IMG/VR virus record: IMGVR_UViG_3300028908_000009
Coordinates: 2,786-66,785 of that record
Length of the DNA: 64,000 bases
Reading direction: 5' to 3' (one strand)
DNA from: a virus
The notes beneath the pieces were generated by a model, which saw only the letters and a program-made list of their open reading frames with translations, searched no databases and had not been told where the DNA came from. The position numbers and the translations under genes were made by a program. Of this stretch, positions 61,408 through 64,000 are shown piece by piece. How positions within the stretch are numbered: the stretch's first letter is position 1; every line of letters starts with the position of its first letter.

Positions 61408-64000
61408 ATGCCCCGCTCCCCACTTCCACCCGAGTGCGCCGGTTGTCCCTGGGCAGAGAAGAACTGGGGGTTCTGTCCGCCCGATCCCATCACCGAGAAC
61501 ACGAAGCTCGTCGTCATCGGCCGTGACCCGGGCGAGCACGAGGTCCGGCTGGGGCGGGGCTTCGTCGGCCCCGCCGGCCGGAAGCTCCGGCAGGCCGAGA
61601 AGATGGCCGGCCTCCGCACGGGCTGGGTGGAGATGCAGTACGGCCAGCCGATCGCGGTGAGGGAGCCGCGAGGGGGCAGCGAGGTGGCCCACGTCAACGT
61701 CCGCCTCTGCCGCCCGCCGAGGAACGCCTGGGAGGGCTACCAGCCCGCCCAGGAGTGCTGGAAGCGCCTCCTGCGCCGACACCTGGAGAAGTGGACGGGG
61801 CCCGTCCTCGTGACCGGCCTGGAGGCCCTGGCCGCCTTCGCCGACATCGTGGGCTTCGACGCGGCCACCGGTCGGTACGCGGCCCGGGGCAGCCTCTTCC
61901 CCGTACTGGCGGAGCGGGGGTGGATCGACTGGTGCTTCTTCACCCTCCACCCCAGCTTCATCGCCCGGGGCGGCGGAGCCGGCGAGGAGACGAAGTCCCA
62001 GTCCCACTTCCTCCCCCTGCTCGCCACCGACATCCGCCGGGCGCTGGAGAGCCCGGGCCACCCGCCACTGCCGGAGGTCCTGCCCGCCCCGCCGGTGCCC
62101 GAGCTGCTCGCCCGCTGGCGGGACGCCGGCCGGCCCAGCCCCATCGCCATCGACGTCGAGGAGGACGAGGTCATCGGCGTGAGCTGGGACGGGGAGACGG
62201 TGTGGGAGATCCCCTGGTCCGACGAGAACGCCCGGGCCGTGGCCGGCTTCTGGAGGGAAGGCGGGATGCCGGCCTTCCACTACGCCAGCTACGACCTCGA
62301 CCAGCTCTGCCGGCGTGCCGGGGCCCCCCTCCCGGAGCGGTGGTACGACACGATCGTCATGGGAGCGGCGGTCAACGCCACCGTCCCGCTCAACCTGGCC
62401 TCCCTCGTCCTGACCCACGTGCCCGACACGACGGCCTGGAAGGGCCTCGTGGACGTGGCGAAGACCGGCGGGAACGACGTCCTCTGGCGGATGGAGCAGC
62501 AGCGCCGGGTCTGGACGGCGCTGCTGGAGGGCTTCGACCGGCCGGTCCCCGCCAGCGAGGAGGAGTGGGAGCGGCTCTACAACGGGCTCGACGTCGCCTG
62601 GACCTGGCACCTCGTGGGCGCGCTGGAAGCGGAGATGGGGGAAGGGGTGCAGCGGTACTGGCGGGAGTTCCTGCTGCCCCTCCAGCGGCCGCTCCTGGAG
62701 ATGGGCTGGCGCGGGATCCCCGCCCGGGCCGAGGCGTTCGCCCGGCTGCGGGAGGAGATCGACCGCCAGATCCAGGAGGCCCAGCAGACGGTCGATCAGG
62801 CGGCCGCCCACCTGTTCGACGACGAGCTGAAGGAGGCCGAGTTCCGGGTCCGGATCCTGGAGGAGGAGCGGGAGGAGGAACGCCGCCGGGTCGGCAAGCG
62901 GGCGAAGTTCTCCCGGGCGGCCGAGCTGAGCCGCGCCCGGACGGCCCTCAACGCCCTCCGCAAGCGGATCGAGGGCGGCTTCAACCTGAAGTCCAACCCC
63001 CAGCGCCGGCAGCTCCTGCGCCACTACCTCGGCATCGAGGGCATCCGGGTGAAGGGCCGGAAGGGGCTCTCCACCGGCGAACAGGCCATCGACGCCATCA
63101 TCCTCCGGCTGGAGGGCGGGCGGCTGAAGCCGAAGATCGGGACGAAGGAGGAGGTGCTGGAGATCCTCCGGGCCATGAACGCCGGCAGCAAGCTCCGCAC
63201 CCTCGCCGCGAACTTCCTCGCCACCGAGCCCGACGAGGACGGCCGGGTCCGCACCCTGTACCACCTCCACCGGACGGACACCGGACGGCTGTCCAGCGGC
63301 TTCACCGTGGACGACGCCGACAAGGCCGTGAAGGTGTCGAAGTCGGCGATGCAGCTCCAGAACATGCCCCGCTTCGTGCGCCAGGCGTTCCAGGCCGAGC
63401 CCGGCTACGTCTTCGTCGGCGGGGACTGGGCCGCCATCGAGTGGTGCCTGGCGATGCTCGACGCGGGCACGCTGCTGAACGACCCGCCGGGCTTCCACCT
63501 GGACCTGCTGGAGCGCTTCTTCCGCCAGGAGCTGGACCCGCACCGCTACCTGGCGAGCTTCGTCTTCAACAAGCCGGAGGAGGAGATCACCCGCGAGGAG
63601 CGGAAGACGGCCAAGGGAGTGACCTTCGGCTGGCTCTTCGGGGGGACCCACGCCGGCCTGGCGAAGACCCTCGGGATGCCCGTCCCCATCGTCGCCCGGG
63701 CGTGCGCGGCGCACGACGAGGCGTTCAAGCTGGCCCGGTGGCGGGAGCACGTCGCCGAGCGGTTCGGCCGCGAGCACCGGGTCGTGACGATGGGCGGCTG
63801 GCAGCGCTGGTTCTGGGACCCCTTCATCAAGGACCCGGCGACCGGCAAGGTGGTCAGCCCGAAGCCCACCGAGCTGTGCAACACCCGCATCCAGGGCTCC
63901 GCCGCCGACCTCATGAAGTGGACCCTCCGGCGGCTGTTCGAGGAGGCTCCCGAGTGGGTGGAGGTCGTCACCACCACCCACGACAGCTTCATGCTCCAAG
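61408..64000 (+). CDS. polA: Family A DNA polymerase with N-terminal uracil-DNA glycosylase (family 4-like) and 3'-5' exonuclease; runs off window
   Basis: CAGC, GRDPG..E..FVGPAG, N...CRPP.N, HPS; DVE, YD, YNGLD; TGRLSS, LQNMP, DWAAIE, R..AK...FG, IQGSAAD, HD. Confidence 0.95.
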   Translation, partial: MPRSPLPPECAGCPWAEKNWGFCPPDPITENTKLVVIGRDPGEHEVRLGRGFVGPAGRKLRQAEKMAGLRTGWVEMQYGQPIAVREPRGGSEVAHVNVRLCRPPRNAWEGYQPAQECWKRLLRRHLEKWTGPVLVTGLEALAAFADIVGFDAATGRYAARGSLFPVLAERGWIDWCFFTLHPSFIARGGGAGEETKSQSHFLPLLATDIRRALESPGHPPLPEVLPAPPVPELLARWRDAGRPSPIAIDVEEDEVIGVSWDGETVWEIPWSDENARAVAGFWREGGMPAFHYASYDLDQLCRRAGAPLPERWYDTIVMGAAVNATVPLNLASLVLTHVPDTTAWKGLVDVAKTGGNDVLWRMEQQRRVWTALLEGFDRPVPASEEEWERLYNGLDVAWTWHLVGALEAEMGEGVQRYWREFLLPLQRPLLEMGWRGIPARAEAFARLREEIDRQIQEAQQTVDQAAAHLFDDELKEAEFRVRILEEEREEERRRVGKRAKFSRAAELSRARTALNALRKRIEGGFNLKSNPQRRQLLRHYLGIEGIRVKGRKGLSTGEQAIDAIILRLEGGRLKPKIGTKEEVLEILRAMNAGSKLRTLAANFLATEPDEDGRVRTLYHLHRTDTGRLSSGFTVDDADKAVKVSKSAMQLQNMPRFVRQAFQAEPGYVFVGGDWAAIEWCLAMLDAGTLLNDPPGFHLDLLERFFRQELDPHRYLASFVFNKPEEEITREERKTAKGVTFGWLFGGTHAGLAKTLGMPVPIVARACAAHDEAFKLARWREHVAERFGREHRVVTMGGWQRWFWDPFIKDPATGKVVSPKPTELCNTRIQGSAADLMKWTLRRLFEEAPEWVEVVTTTHDSFMLQ

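Larger units (their letters stand above)
1..64000. mobile_element. Tailed podovirus-like bacteriophage genome (partial at both window edges)
   Basis: Terminase, portal, capsid, tail, lysis and replication modules in two divergent arms; no host housekeeping genes. Confidence 0.95.

Noticed and set aside
60919-63999. 1026-aa minus ORF
   Set aside because: Antisense shadow of polA
1-64000. tRNA/rRNA genes or stop-codon recoding
   Set aside because: No cloverleaf signatures noticed in intergenic gaps; genes read cleanly in the standard code with all three stops used

Overview
The whole window looks like one GC-rich tailed (podovirus-like) phage genome; no host genes are visible. Left arm, minus strand (37367 to 1), is the late/structural block: terminase small and large subunits, portal, scaffold, N4-gp56-type major capsid, three glycosyltransferases, head-tail adaptor, a tail fibre with an internal duplication, exported proteins, 3TM holin, three very basic small proteins, M15 endolysin, nozzle protein, ejection proteins (one with an SLT domain) and a giant ORF. 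The giant ORF starts at 10943 and runs off the left edge (>3,600 aa), which is why it is absent from the ORF track. By hand translation it carries a split ADP-ribosyltransferase-like domain, a GHKL ATPase and a HExxH metallopeptidase. Right after the peptidase it contains a second gene nested in another frame (2602-2138) with its own RBS; this is the most striking observation. Right arm, mostly plus strand, has about 25 small coupled early genes, a repeat-rich putative origin, an inverted XRE plus AAA helicase pair, Sak4-like ATPase, SSB, Cas4-like nuclease, HD/Nmad1/SLOG genes, a truncated sigma70 and a UDG-exonuclease-PolA fusion running off the right edge. No tRNA, CRISPR array or integrase was seen. 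All family calls are motif recognition by eye, not database searches.
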